A stretch of DNA of 64,000 nt, from positions 34,596,001-34,660,000 of the forward strand of contig OZ024760.1 in the NCBI GenBank assembly GCA_964016885.1. Reading direction: 5' to 3'. The stretch is from Eledone cirrhosa. Taxonomy: Eukaryota. The notes under the pieces are model-generated. The model saw nothing but the letters and a program-made list of their open reading frames with translations, had not been told where the DNA came from and did not search any database. A program made the position numbers and the translations under genes. Shown here piece after piece: positions 28,801-40,800 of this stretch (within the stretch, counting starts at the first letter, position 1; the number at the start of each line of letters is the position of its first letter).

Positions 28801-31800
28801 TGTCACTAAGATTTGGTGCTCAGGGGTGGGGTGCCTCTCAACATTCCAGGTAGCCTGTCATAAAGATTTGGTGCTCAGGGGTGGGGTACCTCTCAACATT
28901 CCAGGTAGCTTGTCATTTTTTGTGCTCAGGGGTGGGGTACCTCTCAACATTCCAGCTAGCTTGTCATTAAGATTTGGTGCTCAGGTGTGTGGTACCTCTC
29001 AACATTCCAGGTAGCTTGTCATTAAGATTTGGTGCTCAGGGGTGGGGTACCTCTCAACATTCCAGGTAGCTTGTCGTTTTTTGTGCTCAGGGGTGGGGTA
29101 CCTCTCAACATTCCAGGTAGCCTGTCACTAAGATTGGGTGCTCAGGGGTGCGGTACCTCTCAACATTCCAGGTAGCCTGTCAAAGATTTGGTGCTCAGGG
29201 GTGGGGTACCTCTCAACATTCCAGGTAGCCTGTCACTAAGATTTGGTGCTCAGGGGTGGGGTGCCTCTCAACATTCCAGGTAGCTTGTCATTTTTTGTGC
29301 TCAGTGTTGGGGTACCTCTCAACATTCCAGGTAGCTTGTCATTAAGATTTGGTGCTCAGGGTTGGGGTACCTCTCAACATTCCATGTAGCCTGTCATTAA
29401 GATTTGGTGCTCAGGAGTGGGGTACCTCTCAACACTTCAGGTAGCTTGTCATTAAGTTTTGGTGCTCAGGGGTGGAGTACCTCTCAACATTCCAGGTAGC
29501 TTGTCATTAAGATTTGATGCTCAGGGGTGTGGTACCTCTCAACATTCCAGGTAGCTTGTCATTAAGATTTGGTGCTCAGGGGTGGGGTACCTCTCAACAT
29601 TCCAGGTAGCCTGTCACTAAGATTTGGTGCTCAGGGTTGGGGTACCTCTCAACATTCCAGGTAGCCTGTCATTAAGATTTGATGCTCAGGGGTGGGGTAC
29701 CTCTCGACATTCCAGGTAGCCTGTCACTAAGATTTGGTGCTCAGGGGTGGGGTACCTCTCAACATTCCAGGTAGCTTGTCATTAAGATTTGGTGCTCAGG
29801 GGTGGGTTACCTCTCAACATTCCAGGTAGCTTGTCACTAAGATTTGGTGCTCAGGGGTGGGGTACCTCTCAACATTCCAGGTAGCCTGTCACTAAGATTT
29901 GGTGCTCAGGGGTGGGGGTACCTCTCGACATTCCAGGTACCCTGTCTCTAAGATTTGGTGCTCAGGGGTGGGGTACCTCTCAACATTCCAGGTAGCCTGT
30001 CACTAAGATTTGGTGCTCAGGGGTGGGGTACCTCTCGACATTCCAGGTAGCCTGCCTCTAAGATTTGGTGCTCAGGGGTGGGGTACCTCTCGACATTCCA
30101 GGTAGCTTGTCATTTTTTGTGCTCAGGGGTGGGGTACCTCTCAACATTCCAGGTAGCTTGTCATTAAGATTTGGTGCTCAGGGGTGGGGTACCTCTCAAC
30201 ATTCCAGGAAGCCTGTCACTAAGATTTGGTGCTCAGGGGTGGGGTGCCTCTCAACATTCCAGGTAGCTTGTCATTTTTTGTGCTCAGTGTTGGGGTACCT
30301 CTCAACATTCCAGGTAGCTTGTCATTAAGATTTGGGGTACCTCTCAACATTCCATGTAGCCTGTCATTAAGATTTGGTGCTCAGGAGTGGGGTACCTCTC
30401 AACACTCCAGGTAGCTTGTCATTAAGTTTTGGTGCTCAGGGGTGGGGTACCTCTCAACATTCCAGGTAGCTTGTCATTAAGATTTGATGCTCAGGGGTGG
30501 GGTACCTCTCAACATTCCAGGTAGCTTGTCATTAAGATTTGGTGCTCAGGGGGGGGGGGGGGGGGGTACCTCTCGACATTCCAGGTAGCCTGTCATTAAG
30601 ATTTGGTGCTCAGGGGTGGGGTACCTCTCAACATTCCAGGTAGCCTGTCACTAAGATTTGGTGCTCAGGGGTGGGGTACCTCTCAACATTCCAGGTAGCC
30701 TGTCATTAAGATTGATGCGCAGGGGTGGGGTACCTCTCGACATTCCAGGTAGCCTGTCACTAAGATTTGGTGCTCAGGGGTGGGGTACCTCTCAACATTC
30801 CAGGTAGCTTGTCATTAAGATTTGGTGCTCAGGGGTGGGTTACCTCTCAACATTCCAGGTAGCTTGTCACTAAGATTTGGTGCTCAGGGGTGGGGTACCT
30901 CTCAACATTCCAGGTAGCCTGTCACTAAGATTTGGTGCTCAGGGGTGGGGGTACCTCTCGACATTCCAGGTACCCTGTCTCTAAGATTTGGTGCTCAGGG
31001 GTGGAGTACCTCTCAACATTCCAGGTAGCCTGTCACTAAGATTTGGTGCTCAGGGGTGGGGTACCTCTCGACATTCCAGGTAGCCTGCCTCTAAGATTTG
31101 GTGCTCAGGGGTGGGGTACCTCTCGACATTCCAGGTAGCTTATCATTTTTTGTGCTCAGGGGTGGGGTACCTCTCAACATTCCAGGTAGCTTGTCATTAA
31201 GATTTGGTGCTCAGGAGTGGGGTACCTCTTGACATTCCAGGTAGCCTGTCACTAAGATTTGGTGCTCAGGTGTGGGGTACCTCTCAACATTCCAGGTAGC
31301 CTGTCACTAAGATTTGGTGCTCAGGGGTGGGGTGCCTCTCAACATTCCAGGTAGCCTGTCACTAAGATTTGGTGCTCAGGGGTGGGGGTACCTCTCGACA
31401 TTCCAGGTAGCCTGTCACTAAGATTTGGTGCTCAGGGTTGGGGTACCTCTCGACATTCCAGGTAGCCTGCCTCTAAGATTTGGTGCTCAGGGGTGGGGTA
31501 CCTCTCGACATTCCAGGTAGCTGGTCATTTTTTTGTGCTCCGGGGTGGGGTACCTCTCAACATTCCAGGTAGCTTGTCATTAAGATTTGGTGCTCAGGGG
31601 TGGGGTACCTCTCGACATTCCAGGTAGCCTGTCACTAAGATTTGGTGCTCAGGGGTGGGGTACCTCTCAACATTCCAGGTAGTTTGTCATTTTTTGTGCT
31701 CAGGGGTGGGGTACCTCTCGACATTCCCGGTAGCCTGTCAGTAAGATTTGGTGCTCAGAAGTGGGGTACCTCTCGACATTCCAGGTAGCCTGTCACTAAG

Positions 31801-34800
31801 ATTTGGTGCTCAGGGGTGGGGTACCTCTCAACATTCCAGGTAGCCTGTCACTAAGATTGGGTGCTCAGGGGTGGGGTACCTCTCAACATTCCAGGTAGCC
31901 TGTCAAAGATTTGGTGCTCAGGGGTCGGGTACCTCTCAACATTCCAGGTAGCCTGTCACTAAGATTTGGTGCTCAGAGGTGGGGTACCTCTCGACATTCC
32001 AGGTAGCTTGTCATTTTTTGTGCTCAGGGGTGGGGTACCTCTCAACATTCCAGGTAGCTTGTCATTAAGATTTGGTGCTCAGGGGTGGGGTACCTCTCAA
32101 CATTCCAGGTAGCCTGTCACTAAGATTTGGTGCTCAGGGGTGGGGTGCCTCTCAACATTCCAGGTAGCTTGTCATTTTTTGTGCTCAGTGTTGGGGTACC
32201 TCTCAACATTCCAGGTAGCTTGTCATTAAGATTTGGGGTACCTCTCAACATTCCATGTAGCCTGTCATTAAGATTTGGTGCTCAGGAGTGGGGTACCTCT
32301 CAACACTCCAGGTAGCTTGTCATTAAGTTTTGGTGCTCAGGGGTGGGGTACCTCTCAACATTCCAGGTAGCTTGTCATTAAGATTTGATGCTCAGGGGTG
32401 GGGTACCTCTCAACATTCCAGGTAGCTTGTCATTAAGATTTGGTGCTCAGGGGGGGGGGGGTACCTCTCGACATTCCAGGTAGCCTGTCATTAAGATTTG
32501 GTGCTCAGGGGTGGGGTACCTCTCAACATTCCAGGTAGCCTGTCACTAAGATTTGGTGCTCAGGGGTGGGGTACCTCTCAACATTCCAGGTAGCCTGTCA
32601 TTAAGATTGATGCGCAGGGGTGGGGTACCTCTCGACATTCCAGGTAGCCTGTCACTAAGATTTGGTGCTCAGGGGTGGGGTACCTCTCAACATTCCAGGT
32701 AGCTTGTCATTAAGATTTGGTGCTCAGGGGTGGGTTACCTCTCAACATTCCAGGTAGCTTGTCACTAAGATTTGGTGCTCAGGGGTGGGGTACCTCTCAA
32801 CATTCCAGGTAGCCTGTCAATAAGATTTGGTGCTCGGGGGTGGGGGTACCTCTCGACATTCCAGGTACCCTGTCTCTAAGATTTGGTGCTCAGGGGTGGA
32901 GTACCTCTCAACATTCCAGGTAGCCTGTCACTAAGATTTGGTGCTCAGGGGTGGGGTACCTCTTGACATTCCAGGTAGCCTGCCTCTAAGATTTGGTGCT
33001 CAGGGGTGGGGTACCTCTCGACATTCCAGGTAGCTTGTCATTTTTTGTGCTCAGGGGTGGGGTACCTCTCAACATTGCAGGTAGCTTGTCATTAAGATTT
33101 GGTGCTCAGGAGTGGGGTACCTCTTGACATTCCAGGTAGCCTGTCACTAAGATTTGGTGCTCAGGTGTGGGGTACCTCTCAACATTCCAGGTAGCCTGTC
33201 ACTAAGATTTGGTGCTCAGGGGTGGGGTGCCTCTCAACATTCCAGGTAGCCTGTCACTAAGATTTGGTGCTCAGGGGTGGGGGTACCTCTCGACATTCCA
33301 GGTAGCCTGTCACTAAGATTTGGTGCTCAGGGTTGGGGTACCTCTCGACATTCCAGGTAGCCTGCCTCTAAGATTTGGTGCTCAGGGGTGGGGTACCTCT
33401 CGACATTCCAGGTAGCTGGTCATTTTTTTGTGCTCCGGGGTGGGGTACCTCTCAACATTCCAGGTAGCTTGTCATTAAGATTTGGTGCTCAGGGGTGGGG
33501 TACCTCTCGACATTCCAGGTAGCCTGTCACTAAGATTTGGTGCTCAGGGGTGGGGTACCTCTCAACATTCCAGGTAGTTTGTCATTTTTTGTGCTCAGGG
33601 GTGGGGTACCTCTCGACATTCCCGGTAGCCTGTCACTAAGATTTGGTGCTCAGAAGTGGGGTACCTCTCGACATTCCAGGTAGCCTGTCACTAAGATTTG
33701 GTGCTCAGGGGTGGGGTACCTCTCAACATTCCAGGTAGCCTGTCACTAAGATTGGGTGCTCAGGGGTGGGGTACCTCTCAACATTCCAGGTAGCCTGTCA
33801 AAGATTTGGTGCTCAGGGGTGGGGTACCTCTCAACATTCCAGGTAGCCTGTCACTAAGATTTGGTGCTCAGGTGTGGGGTACCTCTCAACATTCCAGGTA
33901 GCCTGTCACTAAGATTTGGTGCTCAGGGGTGGGGTGCCTCTCAACATTCCAGGTAGCCTGTCATAAAGATTTGGTGCTCAGGGGTGGGGTACCTCTCAAC
34001 ATTCCAGGTAGCTTGTCATTTTTTGTGCTCAGGGGTGAGGTACCTCTCAACATTCCAGGTAGCTTGTCATTAAGATTTGGTGCTCAGGGGTGGGGTACCT
34101 CTCAACATTCCAGGTAGCTTGTCGTTTTTTGTGCTCAGGGGTGGGGTACCTCTCAACATTCCAGGTAGCCTGTCACTAAGATTTGGTACTCAGGTGTGGG
34201 GTACCTCTCAACATTCCAGGTAGCCTGTCACTAAGATTTGGTGCTCAGGGTTGGGGTGCCTCTCAACATTCCAGGTAGCCTGTCATAAAGATTTGGTGCT
34301 CAGGGGTGGGGTACCTCTCAACATTCCAGGTAGCTTGTCATTTTTTGTGCTCAGGGGTGGGGTACCTCTCAACATTCCAGGTAGCTTGTCATTAAGATTT
34401 GGTGCTCAGGGGTGGGGTACCTCTCAACATTCCAGGTAGCTTGTCGTTTTTTGTGCTCAGGGGTGGGGTACCTCTCAACATTCCAGGTAGCCTGTCACTA
34501 AGATTGGGTGCTCAGGGGTGGGGTGCCTCTCAACATTCCAGGTAGCTTGTCATTTTTTGTGCTCAGTGTTGGGGTACCTCTCAACATTCCAGGTAGCTTG
34601 TCATTAAGATTTGGTGCTCAGGGTTGGGGTACCTCTCAACATTCCATGTAGCCTGTCATTAAGATTTGGTGCTCAGGAGTGGGGTACCTCTCAACACTCC
34701 AGGTAGCTTGTCATTAAGTTTTGGTGCTCAGGGGTGGAGTACCTCTCAACATTCCAGGTAGCTTGTCATTAAGATTTGATGCTCAGGGGTGGGGTACCTC

Positions 34801-37800
34801 TCAACATTCCAGGTAGCTTGTCATTAAGATTTGGTGCTCAGGGGTGGGGTACCTCTCAACATTCCAGGTAGCCTGTCACTAAGATTTGGTGCTCAGGGTT
34901 GGGGTACCTCTCAACATTCCAGGTAGCCTGTCATTAAGATTTGATGCTCAGGGGTGGGGTACCTCTCGACATTCCAGGTAGCCTGTCACTAAGATTTGGT
35001 GCTCAGGGGTGGGGTACCTCTCAACATTCCAGGTAGCTTGTCATTAAGATTTGGTGCTCAGGGTGGGTTACCTCTCAACATTCCAGGTAGCTTGTCACTA
35101 AGATTTGGTGCTCAGGGGTGGGGTACCTCTCAACATTCCAGGTAGCCTGTGACTAAGATTTGGTGCTCAGGGGTGGGGGTACCTCTCGACATTCCAGGTA
35201 CCCTGTCTCTAAGATTTGGTGCTCAGGGGTGGGGTACCTCTCAACATTCCAGGTAGCCTGTCACTAAGATTTGGTGCTCAGGGGTGGGGTACCTCTCGAC
35301 ATTCCAGGTAGCCTGCCTCTAAGATTAGGTGCTCAGGGGTGGGGTACCTCTCGACATTCCAGGTAGCTTGTCATTTTTTGTGCTCAGGAGTGGGGTACCT
35401 CTCAACATTCCAGGTAGCTTGTCATTAAGATTTGGTGCTCAGGGGTGGGGTACCTCTCAACATTCCAGGTAGCCTGTCACTAAGATTTGGTGCTCAGGGG
35501 TGGGGTGCCTCTCAACATTCCAGGTAGCTTGTCATTTTTTGTGCTCAGTGTTGGGGTACCTCTCAACATTCCAGGTAGCTTGTCATTAAGATTTGGGGTA
35601 CCTCTCAACATTCCATGTAGCCTGTCATTAAGATTTGGTGCTCAGGAGTGGGGTACCTCTCAACATTCCAGGTAGCTTGTCATTAAGATTTGATGCTCAG
35701 GGGTGGGGTACCTCTCAACATTCCAGGTAGCTTGTCATTAAGATTTGGTGCTCAGGGGTGGGGTACCTCTCGACATTCCAGGTAGCCTGTCATTAAGATT
35801 TGGTGCTCAGGGGTGGGGTACCTCTCAACATTCCAGGTAGCCTGTCACTAAGATTTGGTGCTCAGGGGTGGGGTACCTCTCAACATTCCAGGTAGCCTGT
35901 CATTAAGATTGATGCGCAGGGGTGGGGTACCTCTCGACATTCCAGGTAGCCTGTCACTAAGATTTGGTGCTCAGGGGTGGGGTACCTCTCAACATTCCAG
36001 GTGGCTTGTCATTAAGATTTGGTGCTCAGGGGTGGGTTACCTCTCAACATTCCAGGTAGCTTGTCATTTTTTGTGCTCAGGGGTGGAGTACCTCTCAACA
36101 TTCCAGGTAGCCTGTCACTAAGATTTGGTGCTCAGGGGTGGGGGTACCTCTCGACATTCCAGGTACCCTGTCTCTAAGATTTGGTGCTCAGGGGTGGAGT
36201 ACCTCTCAACATTCCAGGTAGCCTGTCACTAAGATTTGGTGCTCAGGGGTGGGGTACCTCTCGACATTCCAGGTAGCCTGCCTCTAAGATTTGGTGCTCA
36301 GGGGTGGGGTACCTCTCGACATTCCAGGTAGCTTGTCATTTTTTGTGCTCAGGGGTGGGGTACCTCTCAACATTCCAGGTAGCTTGTCATTAAGGTTTGG
36401 TGCTCAGGGGTGGGGTACCTCTTGACATTCCAGGTAGCCTGTCGCTAAGATTTGGTGCTCAGGTGTGGGGTACCTCTCAACATTCCAGGTAGCCTGTCAC
36501 TAAGATTTGGTGCTCAGGGGTGGGGTGCCTCTCAACATTCCAGGTAGCCTGTCACTAAGATTTGGTGCTCAGGGGTGGGGGTACCTCTCGACATTCCAGG
36601 TAGCCTGTCACTAAGATTTGGTGCTCAGGGGTGGGGTACCTCTCGACATTCCAGGTAGCCTGCCTCTATGATTTGGTGCTCAGGGGTGGGGTACCTCTCG
36701 ACATTCCAGGTAGCTGGTCATTTTTTTGTGCTCCGGGGTGGGGTACCTCTCAACATTCCAGGTAGCTTGTCATTAAGATTTGGTGCTCAGGGGTGGGGTA
36801 CCTCTCGACATTCCAGGTAGCCTGTCACTAAGATTTGATGCTCAGGGGTGGGGTACCTCTCAACATTCCAGGTAGTTTGTCATTTTTTGTGCTCAGGGGT
36901 GGGGTACCTCTCGACATTCCCGGTAGCCTGTCACTAAGATTTGGTGCTCAGAAGTGGGGTACCTCTCGACATTCCAGGTAGCCTGTCACTAAGATTTGGT
37001 GCTCAGGGGTGGGGTACCTCTCAACATTCCAGGTAGCCTGTCATAAAGATTTGGTGCTCAGGGGTGGGGTACCTCTCAACATTCCAGGTAGTTTGTCGTT
37101 TTTTGTGCTCAGGGGTGGGGTACCTCTCAACATTCCAGGTAGCTTGTCATTAAGATTTGGTGCTCAGGGGTGGGGTACCTCTCGACATTCCAGGTAGCTT
37201 GTCATTAAGATTTGGTGCTCAGGGGTGGGGTACCTCTCAACATTCCAGGTAGCCTGTCACTAAGATTGGGTGCTCAGGGGTGGGGTACCTCTCAACATTC
37301 CAGGTAGCCTGTCAAAGATTTGGTGCTCAGGGGTGGGGTACCTCTCAACATTCCAGGTAGCCTGTCACTAAGATTTGGTGCTCAGGTGTGGGGTACCTCT
37401 CAACATTCCAGGTAGCCTGTCACTAAGATTTGGTGCTCAGGGGTGGGGTGCCTCTCAACATTCCAGGTAGCCTGTCATAAAGATTTGGTGCTCAGGGGTG
37501 GGGTACCTCTCAACATTCCAGGTAGCTTGTCATTTTTTGTGCTCAGGGGTGGGGTACCTCTCAACATTCCAGGTAGCTTGTCATTAAGATTTGGTGCTCA
37601 GGGGTGGGGTACCTCTCAACATTCCCGGTAGCTTGTCGTTTTTTGTGCTCAGGGGTGGGGTACCTCTCAACATTCCAGGTAGCCTGTCACTAAGATTGGG
37701 TGCTCAGGGGTGCGGTACCTCTCAACATTCCAGGTAGCCTGTCAAAGATTTGGTGCTCAGGGGTGGGGTACCTCTCAACATTCCAGGTAGCCTGTCACTA

Positions 37801-40800
37801 AGATTTGGTGCTCAGGTGTGGGGTACCTCTCAACATTCCAGGTAGCCTGTCATTAAGATTTGGTGCTCAGTGGTGGGGTACCTCTCAACATTCCAGGTAG
37901 CCTGTCACTAAGATTTGGTGCTCGGGTGGGGTACCTCTCAACATTCCAGGTAGCTTGACATTAAGATTTGGTGCTCAGGGGTGGGGTACCTCTCACATTC
38001 CAGGTAGCTTGACATTAAGAATTGGTGCTCAGGGGTGGGGTACCTCTCAACATTCCAGGTAGCTTGTCATTAAGATTTGGTGCTCATGGGTGGGGTACCT
38101 CTCAACATTCCAGGTAGCTTGTCATTAAGATTTGGTGCTCAGGGGTGGGGTACCTCTCAACATTCCAGGTAGCTTGTCATTAAGATTTGGTTCTCAGGGG
38201 TGGGGTACCTCTCAACATTCCAGGTAGCCTGTCATTAAGATTTGGTGCTCAGTGGTGGGGTACCTCTCAACATTCCAGGTAGCCTGTCACTAAGATTTGG
38301 TGCTCGGGTGGGGTACCTCTCAACATTCCAGGTAGCTTGACATTAAGATTTGGTGCTCAGGGGTGGGGTACCTCTCACATTCCAGGTAGCTTGACATTAA
38401 GAATTGGTGCTCAGGGGTGGGGTACCTCTCAACATTCCAGGTAGCTTGTCATTAAGATTTGGTGCTCATGGGTGGGGTACCTCTCAACATTCCAGGTAGC
38501 TTGTCATTAAGATTTGGTGCTCAGGGGTGGGGTACCTCTCAACATTCCAGGTAGCTTGTCATTAAGATTTGGTGCTCAGGGGTGTGGTACCTCTCAAAAT
38601 TCCAGGTAGCCTGTCACTAAGATTTGGTGCTCAGGGGTGGGGTACCTCTCAACATTCCTGGTAGCTTGTCATTTTTTGTGCTCAGGGGTGGGGTACCTCT
38701 CAACATTCCAGGTAGCTTGTCATTAAGATTTGGTGCTTAGGAGTGAGGTACCTCTCAACATTCCAGGTAGCCTGTCATTAAGATTTGGTGCTCAGGGGTA
38801 GGGTACCTCTCAACATTCCAGGTAGCTTGTCATTAAGATTTGGTGCTCAGGAGTGTGGTACCTCTCAACATTCCAGGTAGCCTGTCATTAAGATTTGGTG
38901 CTCAGGGGTGGGGTACCTCTCAACATTCCAGGTAGCTTGTCATTAAGATTTGGTGCTCAGGGGTGTGGTACCTCTCAACATTCCAGGTAGCTTGTCATTA
39001 AGATTTGGTGCTCAGGGGTGGGGTACCTCTCAACATTCCAGGTAGCTTGTCATTAAGATTTGGTGCTCAGGGGTGGGGTACCTCTCAACATTCCAGGTAG
39101 CCTGTCACTCAGATTTGGTGCTCAGGGGTGGGGTACCTCTCAACATTCCTGGTAGCTTGTCATTTTTTGTGCTCAGGGGTGGGGTACCTCTCAACATTCC
39201 AGGTAGCTTGTCATTAAGATTTGGTGCTCAGGGGTGGGGTACCTCTCGACATTCCAGGTAGCCTGTCACTAAGATTTGGTGCTTAGGGGTGGGGTACCTC
39301 TCAACATTCCAGGTAGCTTGTCATTAAGATTTGGTGCTCAGGGGTGGGGTACCTCTCGACATTCCAGGTAGCCTGTCACTAAGATTTGGTGCTCAGGGGT
39401 GGGGTACCTCTCAACATTCCAGGTAGCTTGTCATTAAGATTTGGTCCTCAGGGGTGGGGTACCTCTCGACATTACAGGTAGCCTGTCACTAAGATTTGGT
39501 GCTGAGGGGTGGGGTACCTCTCAACATTCCAGGTAGCTTGTCATTAAGATTTTGTGCTCAGGGGTGGGGTACCTCTCAACATTACAGGTAGCCTGTCACT
39601 AAGATTTGGTGCTTAGGAGTGGGGTACCTCTCAACATTACAGGTAGCCTGTCACTAAGATTTGGTGCTCATGGGTGGGGTACCTCTCAATATTCCAGGTA
39701 GCCTGTCACTAATATTTGAGGCTCAGGGGTGGGGTACCTCTCGACATTCCAGGTAGCCTGTCACTAAGATTTGGTGCTCAGGGGTGGGGTACCTCTCAAC
39801 ATTCCAGGTAGCCTGTCATAAAGATTTGGTGCTGAGGGGTGGGGTACCTCTCAACATTCCAGGTAGTTTGTCGTTTTTTGTGCTCAGGGGTGGGGTACCT
39901 CTCAACATTCCAGGTAGCTTGTCATTAAGATTTGGTGCTCAGGGGTGGGGTACCTCTCGACATTCCAGGTAGCTTGTCATTAAGATTTGGTGCTCAGGGG
40001 TGGGGTACCTCTCAACATTCCAGGTAGCCTGTCACTAAGATTGGGTGCTCAGGGGTGGGGTACCTCTCAACATTCCAGGTAGCCTGTCACTAAGATTGGG
40101 TGCTCAGGGGTGCGGTACCTCTCAACATTCCAGGTAGCCTGTCAAAGATTTGGTGCTCAGGGGTGGGGTACCTCTCAACATTCCAGGTAGCCTGTCACTA
40201 AGATTTGGTGCTCAGGTGTGGGGTACCTCTCAACATTCCAGGTAGCCTGTCACTAAGATTTGGTGCTCAGGGGTGGGGTGCCTCTCAACATTCCAGGTAG
40301 CTTGTCATTTTTTGTGCTCAGTGTTGGGGTACCTCTCAACATTCCAGGTAGCTTGTCATTAAGATTTGGTGCTCAGGGTTGGGGTACCTCTCAACATTCC
40401 ATGTAGCCTGTCATTAAGATTTGGTGCTCAGGAGTGGGGTACCTCTCAACACTCCAGGTAGCTTGTCATTAACTTTTGGTGCTCAGGGGTGGGGTACCTC
40501 TCAACATTCCAGGTAGCTTGTCATTAAGATTTGATGCTCAGGGGTGGGGTACCTCTCAACATTCCAGGTAGCTTGTCATTAAGATTTGGTGCTCAGGGTT
40601 GGGGTACCTCTCAACATTCCATGTAGCCTGTCATTAAGATTTGGTGCTCAGGAGTGGGGTACCTCTCAACACTCCAGGTAGCTTGTCATTAACTTTTGGT
40701 GCTCAGGGGTGGGGTACCTCTCAACATTCCAGGTAGCTTGTCATTAAGATTTGGTTCTCAGGGGTGGGGTACCTCTCAACATTCCAGGTAGCCTGTCATT